Shown here one piece after another: positions 1-9,982 of a stretch of DNA of 64,000 nucleotides. Source of the stretch: Longimicrobiales bacterium (lineage in GTDB: Bacteria; Gemmatimonadota; Gemmatimonadetes; Longimicrobiales; Gaopeijiaceae); assembly GCA_965202805.1 (NCBI GenBank), contig OZ241869.1:2752001-2816000 (forward strand), read 5' to 3'. The position numbers and the translations under genes were made by a program. Each line of letters starts with the position of its first letter. Position 1 is the stretch's first letter. The notes below the pieces were generated by a model. It made no database searches. It saw nothing but the letters and a program-made list of their open reading frames with translations, and had not been told where the DNA came from.

Positions 1-66
1 CGCGCCGGGATGAGCCGCGCGCGGGAGCGCGAGGTTCTGGATGCCTGGAGAGCGGCGGGCGCGTAA
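1..66 (+). CDS. 3' end of a gene entering from the left edge (partial, unknown product)
   Basis: Open frame 1 reads RAGMSRAREREVLDAWRAAGA and ends in TAA at 64-66, converging on the next gene. Confidence 0.35.
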   Translation, partial: RAGMSRAREREVLDAWRAAGA

Positions 67-75
67 CCCGGGCTG

Positions 76-696
76 CTAACAGAGAGCCCGTTCGTCGCTG
101 GCCACCTGATCCAGCCGTTGGGCGCGCGCGCTGTCCCCGAGCGCCAGAGCCGCGATGATCCCGCGCCGGGCCAGGGCTGGCCCGAAACATCGGGCCTCCA
201 GCTGATCCACGAAGGCGTCCACCTGCGCCCGGTATTCGCCGGGGCGCCAGGCCTCCGCCCAGATCCCGAGCGGCTCCATCAACTCCGCGACCCGCGGGGC
301 GTAGAGGTCCGCGAGCTCCCGGGACTCCTGCGAGAGCAGTTCGATGGCCCAGGTCGCGTCGTAGTGATTCGACAGCAGGAGCGCCACGGAGTAGAACCCG
401 GCGCTCGCGCAGTCCTGCGGCACGCAGGTCGCGACCGCCACCACCGACAGCGCATCCGGCTGCGCCGTGGCGAGCAGGTTGATGCCCATCCGCCGTCCGA
501 GCGACTCCTGAAACGCCGCTTCCAGCACGCGATTGGCGGTGGGGTCGTCGAAGGCCAGGACGACATCGATGCCCTCGAGATGCTCGAAGCCCATCTCCGG
601 CTCCTGGGCATGCACCGCGCCCGGCATGCCGAAGGCGAGCCCGCACGCGAGAAGCAACCCCGAAGCGAGTGCGGACACCGGCGAAGTGCACTTCAT
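76..696 (-). CDS. Hypothetical exported protein
   Basis: Signal-peptide-like N-terminus (MKCTSPVSALASGLLLACGLAFGMPGAVHA-QEP) and a CxxxxC pair. Start is uncertain (696 or 717). Confidence 0.6.
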   Translation of the reverse strand: MKCTSPVSALASGLLLACGLAFGMPGAVHAQEPEMGFEHLEGIDVVLAFDDPTANRVLEAAFQESLGRRMGINLLATAQPDALSVVAVATCVPQDCASAGFYSVALLLSNHYDATWAIELLSQESRELADLYAPRVAELMEPLGIWAEAWRPGEYRAQVDAFVDQLEARCFGPALARRGIIAALALGDSARAQRLDQVASDERALC

Positions 697-818
697 CGAC
701 CTGGAATCGCAGTTCATCGATTGTTCCCGTTTGCGTGGACCCGGCTTCATCCCGAAGCTAGTAGCCTGCGCGCGTTCCGGCACCGCATCCAGCAGCAACA
801 CTTCCCCTGGAGAACCCC

Positions 819-3125
819 ATGCGCCTCATCCGTATCTCCGGATTCGCCCGGCACCCCGGCACCACCGCCGCCACACTCGGCTTTCTCGCGTTCATCTGCG
901 CGTGCGCTGAAGGACCCACCGCAAGCTTCGAAGAGCTGGCACAGGCGCAGCTGCCCCAAATCGATGGCCGCATCGAAGTTCCGGGGCTCGCGGGCGAAGT
1001 CGAAGTGCTGCGCGACCCCTGGGGCATCCCCCACATCTATGCCTCGGGCCTCGACGACCTCTTCTTCGCACAGGGCTTCGTCCAGGCCCAGGACCGTCTC
1101 TGGCAGATGGAGATGTACCGGCGGGCCGGCGAGGGGCGGCTGAGCGAGGTGCTGGGCGCGGAGGCCCTGCAGCACGACCGCGTTGCGCGCCTGCTCATGT
1201 TCCGCGGCCCGTTCGACGACGCGGAGTTCACCACCTACCACCCCGAGGGCCGGCGCATCCTGGAAGCCTTCGCGTCGGGCATCAACGCCTACATCGATCA
1301 CGCGACGGCGGCTGGAGAGCTGCCCGTGGAGTTCCTGCTGACGGGTCTCGAACCCGAGCACTGGAGCGCCGAGACGCCTTTGCTGCGCATGCAGACGGCG
1401 ATGCCGCTGGCGGATGTGCGGCGCGAGCTGCAACTGGCGCTGCGGGTGGCCGAGCTGGGGGCGGAGGAAGCCAACCGACAGGCGAATCCGACTCCGTGGC
1501 GGGAACTCGAGGTGCCCGCGGGCGTCGACATGGCTCTGATCCCGGGCGAGGTGCTGGCCGGCGTGACGGGGTTCCGCAACGCGATGAGCAGTCCGCCCCT
1601 GGTCGCGCCCTACGATGGCTGGACGGGGTCGGAGATGGCGCTCAACCTGGGCGCGCGCGAGACCTCCCCGGGGAGCAACAACTGGGCGATCCACGGAAGC
1701 CGGACCGCGAGCGGCCATGCGATCGTGGCCAACGATCCGCACCGCGGGGTGACCAACCCGTCGCTCCGCTACGTCGTGCACCTGGACGCGCCCGGCTGGA
1801 CCACCATCGGTTCGACCGAGCCGGTGCTTCCCGGGGTGGCCATCGGGCACAACGGGCGCATCGCCTGGGGGCTGACCATCGTCGGCACCGACCAGTCCGA
1901 CGTGTACGTCGAGCAGGTGAACCCGGACAACCCGAAGCAGGTGCGCTGGGGCGACGGCTGGGAGGAGGTGCGGACCATCACGGAAACCGTTCAGGTCAGG
2001 GACGCTGACCCCGTGACCCTGGAACTCGAGTTCTCCCGGCACGGCCCCATCTTCCACCGGGATCCCGCAAACAACCTCGCCTACGCCATGCGCTCGACCA
2101 TGCACGAACCCGGAACCACGGGATATCTGGCGGGCCTGCGGCTCAACGTGGTCTCCGACTGCAGCGGCTTCCTGGAGGAGATGCGCTACTGGCTGGCTCC
2201 GACCGAGAACATGATCTGCGGGGACGCGGACGGGAACATCGCCTGGCAGGCCGCCGCGCTCTCGCCCAGCCGCCCCAACTGGCACGGGCGGCTGCCGGTG
2301 CCCGGGACCGGGGAATTCGAATGGGATGGCTTCCGCGACGATCTGCCCACCGAGTACAACCCGGAGCGCGGCTGGGTAGGGACGGCCAACCACGACATTC
2401 ATCCGCCCGGTTACGACCCGCCGCTCTTCTTCAAGACCGCCGGACCCTTCGCCCGCTTCGCGCGCGTGCAGGAGGTGCTGAACGCGGGCAGCGACTTCAC
2501 GCCCGAGGACTCCCGGGTGCTCCAGCAGGACGCGTATTCGGCGTCGGGCGCGGCCCACGCGGCGCTCTTCGGCGGATGGACGGCGAGTGACGCCGACGTG
2601 GAGTCGTACCGGGCCGAACTGGCCGCCTGGAACGGCCTCTTCGACCGCGACAGCCGGGCGGCGGCGATCTACCGCCGTCTCGACGGGGACGTGCTCGACG
2701 GGGCGGCGGGAGGTGCGGGCGGGGACGCGTCGGCAGCGCTGGAGGCGGCCCTGTCCGCCGCCCTGGACCTGATCGCGCGCGACCAGGGCGACGACCCCGC
2801 CGAGTGGCGCTGGGGACGCGACCACCGCAACGAGTTCCCGCACGCGCTGGTCACCGCCTACGACCTTCCGTCGGCGGAGCGCTCCGGGGGCGCGGGCACG
2901 GTGGCGGCGACGGGGGCCACCTACCGCCACATCGTGGACTTCGGCGACCTGGACGGGTCGCTGTTCACCAACGCGCCGGGACAATCCGGCCGGCCGGGAA
3001 GCCCCTACTACGGCAACCTCACCGAGGACTGGGCCAACCGGGAGTACTTCCCGATGCTCTTCTCGCGGGAGGCGGTGGAGGCGCAGGCAGAGAACCGGCT
3101 GGTGCTGGCTCCGGGAGGGTCGTAA
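819..3125 (+). CDS. Penicillin acylase family protein (Ntn hydrolase, peptidase S45), probable lipoprotein
   Basis: RDPWGIPHIYA, AQDRLWQM, beta-chain start GSNNW with nucleophile Ser, NDPH and PGQSGRPGSPYY motifs. Confidence 0.93.
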   Translation: MRLIRISGFARHPGTTAATLGFLAFICACAEGPTASFEELAQAQLPQIDGRIEVPGLAGEVEVLRDPWGIPHIYASGLDDLFFAQGFVQAQDRLWQMEMYRRAGEGRLSEVLGAEALQHDRVARLLMFRGPFDDAEFTTYHPEGRRILEAFASGINAYIDHATAAGELPVEFLLTGLEPEHWSAETPLLRMQTAMPLADVRRELQLALRVAELGAEEANRQANPTPWRELEVPAGVDMALIPGEVLAGVTGFRNAMSSPPLVAPYDGWTGSEMALNLGARETSPGSNNWAIHGSRTASGHAIVANDPHRGVTNPSLRYVVHLDAPGWTTIGSTEPVLPGVAIGHNGRIAWGLTIVGTDQSDVYVEQVNPDNPKQVRWGDGWEEVRTITETVQVRDADPVTLELEFSRHGPIFHRDPANNLAYAMRSTMHEPGTTGYLAGLRLNVVSDCSGFLEEMRYWLAPTENMICGDADGNIAWQAAALSPSRPNWHGRLPVPGTGEFEWDGFRDDLPTEYNPERGWVGTANHDIHPPGYDPPLFFKTAGPFARFARVQEVLNAGSDFTPEDSRVLQQDAYSASGAAHAALFGGWTASDADVESYRAELAAWNGLFDRDSRAAAIYRRLDGDVLDGAAGGAGGDASAALEAALSAALDLIARDQGDDPAEWRWGRDHRNEFPHALVTAYDLPSAERSGGAGTVAATGATYRHIVDFGDLDGSLFTNAPGQSGRPGSPYYGNLTEDWANREYFPMLFSREAVEAQAENRLVLAPGGS

Positions 3126-3131
3126 ACCAGC

Positions 3132-3173
3132 TAGTTGCCAGCAGATGTCAGTGTAGTTGTCAGTAGATGTCAG
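3132..3173. repeat. Four degenerate 10-bp direct repeats (YAGWTGYCAG) between convergent genes
   Basis: TAGTTGCCAG 3132, CAGATGTCAG 3142, TAGTTGTCAG 3154, TAGATGTCAG 3164. Confidence 0.7.
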
Positions 3174-3190
3174 GACCGGGGCAAGGCGCG

Positions 3191-4111
3191 TCAGTCCCGC
3201 CCCATCCAGTCGATGTCGGACAGATGAGCCAGCGCGAGCTGGAGCGCGTGGGTTCCCCTGTGTCCCTTCCCCTGCGCCCGAAGGGCGTTATACAACTGAT
3301 GCGCCAGCGCCAGTCCCGGCAGCGCCAGCTTCATGCGGCCCGCCTCGGCGAGCGCGATCTCCATGTCCTTGACGAAGTGCTCGACAAAGAAGCCGGGATC
3401 GAAGTCGTTGGCGATCACGCGCGGGCCGTAGTTGGATAGCGACCAGCTGCCGCCGGCCCCGGGAGCGACCGACTTCATGACGGTCTCCAGGTCGAGCCCT
3501 GACCTGTAGGCGTAGAGCAGGCCCTCGCACATCCCGATCATCAGCGGGCCGATCAGCACCTGGTTGACCATCTTGGTGTGCTGTCCCGCTCCCGGTCCTC
3601 CCTGGCGCACGACGGCCTTCCCCATCGCCCGCCAGCACGGCCCGAGCGCCTCCACCACGTCCTCGTCCCCCCCGATCATGATGGACAGGCGCCCCTCGCG
3701 GGCCCCCACGTCCCCCCCCGACACCGGGGCATCCACGCTGGCCACCCCCTTCGCGCGCGCCGCCTGGTAGATCTCGACCGCGAGCGAAGGCTCACTTGTG
3801 GTCATGTCCACGAGGATGTTCCCGGGCTCGCATCCCGCCAGCGCGCCATCCTCGCCCAGGATCACCTCGCGCACGTCGCGCGGGAAGCCGACGATGCTGA
3901 AGACCACGTCGCTCTGCTCGGCCACCGCACGGGGGCTCTCCGCCCACACCGCGCCCTTCTCCAGCACCGACGCCGCCGTTGCGCGGGTCCGGGTGAAGAC
4001 CGTGGCCGAAAACCCGTGGTCCATCACGTGCGCGCACATGCTGCGCCCCATGACGCCCAGCCCGATCCAGCCGATGCGGGTCCTGCCTGGTTGAATGTCG
4101 AGATCTGCCAT
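3191..4111 (-). CDS. NAD(P)-dependent oxidoreductase, 3-hydroxyisobutyrate dehydrogenase/tartronate semialdehyde reductase family
   Basis: GWIGLGVMG Rossmann motif, DAPVSGG, catalytic KMVNQ and FxPGF motifs. Confidence 0.92.
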   Translation of the reverse strand: MADLDIQPGRTRIGWIGLGVMGRSMCAHVMDHGFSATVFTRTRATAASVLEKGAVWAESPRAVAEQSDVVFSIVGFPRDVREVILGEDGALAGCEPGNILVDMTTSEPSLAVEIYQAARAKGVASVDAPVSGGDVGAREGRLSIMIGGDEDVVEALGPCWRAMGKAVVRQGGPGAGQHTKMVNQVLIGPLMIGMCEGLLYAYRSGLDLETVMKSVAPGAGGSWSLSNYGPRVIANDFDPGFFVEHFVKDMEIALAEAGRMKLALPGLALAHQLYNALRAQGKGHRGTHALQLALAHLSDIDWMGRD

Positions 4112-4229
4112 GTTTGCCGGTCTCTGCGATGTTGTGGAGGATGCGTGATGGACACGATAGTGTTGGAGCCGGGTGCCCGGGGCAATCACCATCGCCTCGC
4201 GACGCCGACAATCTCCGCTTCCACCCCCC

Positions 4230-4269
4230 TTCTTCCGCCGCGCGACCCGGTTCTTCCGCCGCGCGACCC
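4230..4269. repeat. Tandem 19-bp duplication (period 21) in a divergent intergenic region
   Basis: TTCTTCCGCCGCGCGACCC at 4230-4248 and 4251-4269. Confidence 0.8.
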
Positions 4270-4284
4270 AGCAGGAGAACGCCG

Positions 4285-5901
4285 ATGAATCCCGGATGGC
4301 TTCCTATGACACGGACGACCCACTCCCGCTCTCGCACCCTGCGCCCGACCAGGCTCCTGCTGGCCGCCAGCCTGCTCCTGGCCACCCCGGCCAGTGCGTT
4401 CGCCCAGGACTTCGAGCTCGCGGAAGCAACCATCGCGGAGGTGCACGCCGCGTTTCTCGCCGGGCAGCTGACCTGCGTCGACCTGGTGCAGGGCTACCTC
4501 GACCGCATCGAGGCCTACGACCAGCAGGGACCGCGGCTCAACACCATCGCCAACCTGAACCCCGCCGCCCTCGACGAGGCTGCCCGCCTCGACCAGGCGC
4601 TCGCGTCCGGCGGACTCAGCGGGCCGCTGCACTGCATCCCGGTCCTCCTCAAGGACCAGGTCGAGACCCGCGACCTGCCCACCACCTACGGATCGGCGCT
4701 CTTTGCGGACTTCGTGTCCTCCCGGGATGCCACCATCGTCATCCGCATGAAGGACGCGGGCGCGCTCATCATCGCCAAGACCAACATGGGCGAGTTCGCA
4801 TCGCGCTACGTGGGCTCCGGTTTCGGCTTCATCCGCAACCCCTACGACCCGCAACGGAACCCGAGCGGCTCTTCCGGTGGCACCGGCGCGGGAGTGGCCG
4901 CGAACCTGGGCATGATCGGCATCGGGGAGGATACCGGCGGCTCCATCCGCGGGCCGTCGGCCGTGCATTCGCTGGTGGGGCTCAGGCCCACCCTGCCGCT
5001 GGTCAGCCGCTACGGCATGATGCCCGCCAACCCCACCACCGACACCATGGGGCCGATGACCCGCACGGTCATGGACGCGGCCATCCTGCTCGACGCCATC
5101 GCCGGGTACGACCCCAACGACCCGGTGACCGCCCGTTCCTTCGACCAGGTCCCGGACTCCTACAGCGACGGGCTCTCCGAGGATGGGCTCGACGGGGCCC
5201 GCATCGGCATCATCCGCGATCCCATGGACCAGGCGCTGGACACGGACTCGGAGGGATACCGGCAGGCGCGCGCCATCGTCGACGACGCCGTCGAGCAGTT
5301 GCGTGCGCTGGGAGCCGAGGTGGTGGACAACGTGGCCATCCCGGGAGTAGACGGGATCAACGCCATCTACTCCATGAACTCCCACGAGACCGAGGCCGCC
5401 ACCAACGCCTATCTGGCGGAACTCGACGACCCGCCCTACACGACGCTGCGCTCCATCCTGCTCAGCGGGCGGGTGACGCCCTGGCGGGCGACCGGGCTGG
5501 CGGGCTCACTCGGAAAGACCACCAGCGACCCCGGTTATCTGGCCTATCTGCTGGCCCGCGACCAGCTCCGGCAGGACGTCTACCAGGTCATGGCCGACCA
5601 CGACCTCGACGCGCTGGTGCACACCACCTTCGACCACCCGCCGTCCCTCATCGCCCCGGACGTCGAGACCAATCCCTCCCCGGCCGACGACTATGGCCTC
5701 GGCGACAACCGCCTCATCAGCCCGGTGACGGGCTGGCCCGCGCTCACGGTCCCCGCCGGCTTCACCCCGGACGGCCTGCCCATCGGCATCGAGTTCCTGG
5801 GCCGCCCCTTTACTGAAGGGATGCTGATTCGCTTCGGTTACGCTTTCGAGCAAGCCACGGGGCACCGGCGCCCGCCCGAAAGCGCGCCGCCGCTGCGCTA
5901 G
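4285..5901 (+). CDS. Amidase signature family protein, exported
   Basis: AGGAGA RBS, signal peptide (ASAFA-Q), LLKD, GSSGG and DTGGSIR, so the Lys-cisSer-Ser triad is intact. Alternative start at 4306. Confidence 0.92.
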   Translation: MNPGWLPMTRTTHSRSRTLRPTRLLLAASLLLATPASAFAQDFELAEATIAEVHAAFLAGQLTCVDLVQGYLDRIEAYDQQGPRLNTIANLNPAALDEAARLDQALASGGLSGPLHCIPVLLKDQVETRDLPTTYGSALFADFVSSRDATIVIRMKDAGALIIAKTNMGEFASRYVGSGFGFIRNPYDPQRNPSGSSGGTGAGVAANLGMIGIGEDTGGSIRGPSAVHSLVGLRPTLPLVSRYGMMPANPTTDTMGPMTRTVMDAAILLDAIAGYDPNDPVTARSFDQVPDSYSDGLSEDGLDGARIGIIRDPMDQALDTDSEGYRQARAIVDDAVEQLRALGAEVVDNVAIPGVDGINAIYSMNSHETEAATNAYLAELDDPPYTTLRSILLSGRVTPWRATGLAGSLGKTTSDPGYLAYLLARDQLRQDVYQVMADHDLDALVHTTFDHPPSLIAPDVETNPSPADDYGLGDNRLISPVTGWPALTVPAGFTPDGLPIGIEFLGRPFTEGMLIRFGYAFEQATGHRRPPESAPPLR

Positions 5902-5938
5902 CGACTCGACACGCAGCTGGGCTGCCCGTGGCGCCGGG

Positions 5939-6412
5939 CTAACGCCCGCCGATCCCCGTCGCCCTCGACCGGCAGTTCGCCATGGTGGCCAGCGTGGAAT
6001 CGATGCTGAGGAAGAGCGCCTCGCCGGGGTCGACGATCAGCTCTTCCGTCGTGCAGGTCCCGCCCGCGAGCAGCGAGATCTCGATCGAGAGCGTCTGCGA
6101 GATGTCCCAGTCGAGGGTGTAGTTGGCTTCGGTCTTGCCGGTGAGCATGCCGATGTACTCCCGTCCACGGGGGTGCACCGCGTACATCCGGGCGTCGCTG
6201 AAGTTGTTGTTGATGATGCGGATCTCGATCTGATCCTCGAGGCCGGGCGTGATGGCCGGGTTCCCCTCCCCGGCACGCGCGGCGCAGGCGGTGGCGAGCG
6301 CGGTCACCGCAGCGACCAGCACGGCCCGCATGAACAGCAACGCCGCCCCGCGGACCCTCCCGGGTGCGGCACCGTCCACCACGGTGGACACTCCCGCTCC
6401 CCCCGTCGTCAT
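5939..6412 (-). CDS. Hypothetical lipoprotein
   Basis: Hydrophobic stretch with lipobox-like LATAC, followed by a small beta-rich domain (IEIRIINNNFSDARMY). Start is 6412 or 6331. Confidence 0.65.
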   Translation of the reverse strand: MTTGGAGVSTVVDGAAPGRVRGAALLFMRAVLVAAVTALATACAARAGEGNPAITPGLEDQIEIRIINNNFSDARMYAVHPRGREYIGMLTGKTEANYTLDWDISQTLSIEISLLAGGTCTTEELIVDPGEALFLSIDSTLATMANCRSRATGIGGR

Positions 6413-6567
6413 CGCTCCCCCCACGCGCCCCGGGCGCACAGCGGATACGGGTCGCGCCCCCCGTTCCCTCGCTGTTATTCTTGCGTGCGCTCGAATTCCC
6501 CTGGCTCCATCACTCATCTTCGCCCCCTCTCAGTCAGGATCATTACTCATCGGTTCAGGAGTTCATC

Positions 6568-8607
6568 ATGAAGGCTCTCGTAACGACGGCCCTCGGGTTC
6601 GCGCTGTCCGCGGCGGCGCTCGCGCCCACGGCCGCCCTCGCGCAGGAGCGGCGCAACATCACGGTCGACGATCTGTTCGAGCTGGAGAACGTCGGCACGC
6701 CGGTAGTCAGCCCTGAGGGCGACTGGGTCGCGTACACCGTCTCTCGCACCTCCCTGGAGGATGAACGCTCCTACACCCGCATCTACATGGCGCCGGTCGC
6801 GGGCGGCGACCCGGTCCCGCTTACGCGCGACAAGCAGTCTGCCGGCTCTCCCGCCTGGAGCCCGGATGGCCGGTACCTCACCTTCACCGCAGCGCGCGAC
6901 GGCGACGCGACCCAGGTGTGGGCGCTGGACCGGCGCGGCGGCGAGGCCTTTCCCCTGACCGACGTCGAGCAGGGCGTCAGCGGATACCGCTGGTCCCCCG
7001 ACGGCACCCGTCTCCTCCTCACCATCCGCGATGCCGAGGAGGAGGACGAGGATGCGAAGCCCAACGCTCCGCAGGATCCGTGGGTCATCGACCGCATCCA
7101 GTTCAAGCGGGACGGAGCCGGCTACCTGACCGGCTCACGCATGACGCACCTGTATGTCTACAAGATCGATGCCAGAGAGTTGCGGCAGCTCACCACGGGG
7201 CGCTGGAACGAGTCCCTGGGCGTCTGGAGCCCGGACGGCACCCGGGTCGCGTTCGTCTCCAACCGCACGGAAGACCCGGACCTGAACGCCAACAACGACA
7301 TCTGGGTGGTCTCCGCGGATCTGGAGGAGCCCACCGACTCGCCGCGGCAGCTCACCACCAACCCCGGCTCCGACGGCTCACCGCAGTGGAGCCCCGACGG
7401 GCGCTGGATCGCCTACACCACCGGCATCCGCCCCGACCTGATCTGGTACGCCACCACGCACCTCGCCGTGGTCTCGGCGGACGGAGGCGAGCCCCGGCTG
7501 CTCACCACCGAGCTTGACCGAAACGTGCGCTCCCCCCGCTTCTCCCCGGACGGCGAATGGATCTGGTTCGGGCTCGAGGACTCGTCGGAAAACCACATCG
7601 CGCGCATCCGCCCGGACGGCTCGGAGCTGGAGCGGCCGGTGTCCGGGGGGCTTTCCGCCTCCGGCTTCGACTGGAACGGCGACACCTTCGCGGCCCGCGT
7701 CAACTACCTGGACCGCCCCGGCGAGATCTACGCCGTGGAGGACCACGCGGACGGCGAAGCGGCGCTACGGCGCATCACGGGCCACAACGACGACTTCCTC
7801 GCGTCGTTCAACATCGCCGAAACCCGCAACATACAGTTTCCCTCCGAAGGCGGGATCGAGGTCGAAGGCTTCGTCACCTTCCCGCCCGACCACGAGGACG
7901 GCCGCGCCTACCCCACAATCCTGCGCATCCATGGGGGCCCCGTCTCGCAGTACAGCCACTCCTTCCAGTTCGAGTCGCAGCTCTTCGCGGCCCACGGCTA
8001 CGTGGTCGTGCGCACCAACCCGCGCGGCTCGTCGGGTTACGGACAGGACTTCTCGGCGGCGCTGTGGGCGGACTGGGGCAACCCCGACTTCAAGGACGTG
8101 ATGGCGGGCATCGACTACGCCATCGAACAGGGCTGGACCGACCCCGACCGCCTGGGCGTGGGCGGCTGGTCGTACGGCGGCATCCTCACCAACTACGTCA
8201 TCACCCAGACCGACCGCTTCGAGGGCGCCATCACCGGAGCGAGTGAAGTGCTCTACATCGCCAACTACGGCCACGACCACTACCAGCGGCAGTGGGAGGC
8301 CGAGCTGGGGCTTCCCTGGGAGGGCGACAACCGCGACAACTGGGAGCGCATCAGCCCCTTCAACAAGGTGCACGAGGTCACCACCCCGACCCTCATCATG
8401 GGCGGCGAGGACGACTGGAACGTGCCCATCCTCAACTCCGAGCAGCTCTACCAGGCGCTGCGCCGGCGCGGCGTGCCCACCCAGCTCGTGGTCTACCCCG
8501 GCCAGAGCCACGGCCTGCGCGTCCCCAGCTACCAGAAGGACCGCTACGAGCGCTACCTCGCCTGGTACGACCGCTGGGTCATGAACGCCGACCGACCCGT
8601 GAGCTGA
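6568..8607 (+). CDS. S9 family peptidase (prolyl oligopeptidase/acylaminoacyl peptidase) with PD40 repeats
   Basis: CAGGAG RBS, signal peptide, repeated WSPDG, HGGP, GWSYGG nucleophile, and catalytic Asp (DWNVP) and His (QSHG). Confidence 0.94.
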   Translation: MKALVTTALGFALSAAALAPTAALAQERRNITVDDLFELENVGTPVVSPEGDWVAYTVSRTSLEDERSYTRIYMAPVAGGDPVPLTRDKQSAGSPAWSPDGRYLTFTAARDGDATQVWALDRRGGEAFPLTDVEQGVSGYRWSPDGTRLLLTIRDAEEEDEDAKPNAPQDPWVIDRIQFKRDGAGYLTGSRMTHLYVYKIDARELRQLTTGRWNESLGVWSPDGTRVAFVSNRTEDPDLNANNDIWVVSADLEEPTDSPRQLTTNPGSDGSPQWSPDGRWIAYTTGIRPDLIWYATTHLAVVSADGGEPRLLTTELDRNVRSPRFSPDGEWIWFGLEDSSENHIARIRPDGSELERPVSGGLSASGFDWNGDTFAARVNYLDRPGEIYAVEDHADGEAALRRITGHNDDFLASFNIAETRNIQFPSEGGIEVEGFVTFPPDHEDGRAYPTILRIHGGPVSQYSHSFQFESQLFAAHGYVVVRTNPRGSSGYGQDFSAALWADWGNPDFKDVMAGIDYAIEQGWTDPDRLGVGGWSYGGILTNYVITQTDRFEGAITGASEVLYIANYGHDHYQRQWEAELGLPWEGDNRDNWERISPFNKVHEVTTPTLIMGGEDDWNVPILNSEQLYQALRRRGVPTQLVVYPGQSHGLRVPSYQKDRYERYLAWYDRWVMNADRPVS

Positions 8608-8610
8608 GGG

Positions 8611-9525
8611 ATGAGAATCATCGTCAACGGCCAGCAGGCCTTCGGCGCGAGCGTCCTCAAGGCGCTGGTGGAGCGCGGCGAGGACATCGTCGGCGTCTAC
8701 ACCCGTCCCGAAAAGCCCGGTCAGCGCCCCGATCCGCTCGCGGACGCGGCCCGCGCACACGGCCTGCCCCTCTTCCAGCCCTCCTCCTTCAAGAGCGAGG
8801 ACACCTGGCAGCAGATGAAGTCGCTCCGTCCCGATCTGGGCGTGATGGCCTACGTCACCCTCTTCGTGCCCGAGCAGGCGCTGAACATCCCGACCCGCGG
8901 GACCATCCAGTATCATCCCTCGCTGCTCCCGCTCCACCGCGGCCCCAGCTCCATCAACTGGCCCATCATCTGGGGGAGGGAGAAGACGGGACTCTCGATC
9001 TTCTGGCCCGACGACGGCCTGGACGAGGGGCCGATTCTCCTGCAGAAGGAAGTCGACATCGGGGATCACACCCTGGGCAGCCTCTACTTCAACCACCTCT
9101 TCCCGATGGGGGTCGACGCCATGCTCGAGGGCGTGGACCTGGTGCGCGCGGGCCAGGCGCCGAAGATCGCGCAGGACCATTCCGCGGCCACCTACGAGGG
9201 CTGGTGCAGGCACGAGCACGTGCGGGTGGGCTGGAACCGGCCGCTGCGGCAGACATGGAACCTCGTGCGCGGCGCGGATCCGCAGCCGGGGGCATGGAGT
9301 ACGTTCAACGGCGCCTGGGTCAAGCTCTACGGCGCTTCGCGGATCGATGAGGCGCTCTCGATTCGCCCGGGGCAGGTGACCGGCATAGGCGCGGAGGGGA
9401 TTCGTATCTCGGCCCCCGATGGACAGCTGCGGGTCGGCAAGGTGCGGCCCGAAGGGGGCAGGAAGATGGCTGCGGGCGAGTGGGCGGAGTCGGTCGGGCT
9501 GAAGAAGGGCGTGTTCTTCGTATAG
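8611..9525 (+). CDS. Formyltransferase-family protein resembling the N-terminal 10-formyl-THF hydrolase domain of ALDH1L1 (Fmt superfamily)
   Basis: HPSLLPLHRG folate-binding motif, IFWPDDGLDEG, LYFNHLFP and ATYEG. Confidence 0.85.
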   Translation: MRIIVNGQQAFGASVLKALVERGEDIVGVYTRPEKPGQRPDPLADAARAHGLPLFQPSSFKSEDTWQQMKSLRPDLGVMAYVTLFVPEQALNIPTRGTIQYHPSLLPLHRGPSSINWPIIWGREKTGLSIFWPDDGLDEGPILLQKEVDIGDHTLGSLYFNHLFPMGVDAMLEGVDLVRAGQAPKIAQDHSAATYEGWCRHEHVRVGWNRPLRQTWNLVRGADPQPGAWSTFNGAWVKLYGASRIDEALSIRPGQVTGIGAEGIRISAPDGQLRVGKVRPEGGRKMAAGEWAESVGLKKGVFFV

Positions 9526-9526
9526 G

Positions 9527-9982
9527 GTGAACAGGATGGCATCGCAGGACGAAAGGCGGGGTACGCTGGAGGGGATGGTTGCGCGGGTTGGCCGCCGCTT
9601 TCCGGATGTGAAGACCATCAGTGCGGCGGCGTTGCGCGAGCGCCTGCCCGACGACGACACCGTTCTCGTCGATGTCCGGTCTCCCGCCGAGCGGGCGGTG
9701 TCCACGCTGCCCGGCGCCATCACCCCTGAGGAATTCGAGGACCGGCTCGACGATCTGGGGGACTGTACCGTGGTCGCCTACTGCACTCTGGGAGCGCGTA
9801 GTTCAAGGTACGCCCGCCGCATGGGCAGGAAGGGCGTGCCGGTGCTGAACCTGAAGGGAAGCCTGCTTGCATGGACGCACGCGGGCGGAGAGCTCGTCGA
9901 TGGCCCGTCGCCGACGAAGCGGGTCCACGTCTTCGGGCCCAGGTGGAATCTGGCCGCGGACGGATACGAGGGCGTTTGGTAG
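9527..9982 (+). CDS. Rhodanese-like domain protein
   Basis: LVDVRSPAE, PGA, active-site loop YCTLGARS and NLKGSLLAW. Confidence 0.85.
   Translation: MNRMASQDERRGTLEGMVARVGRRFPDVKTISAAALRERLPDDDTVLVDVRSPAERAVSTLPGAITPEEFEDRLDDLGDCTVVAYCTLGARSSRYARRMGRKGVPVLNLKGSLLAWTHAGGELVDGPSPTKRVHVFGPRWNLAADGYEGVW

Noticed and set aside
8611..9525. Assigning the symbol fmt
   Set aside because: The motifs fit the ALDH1L1-like branch better, and there is no def/rsmB context.
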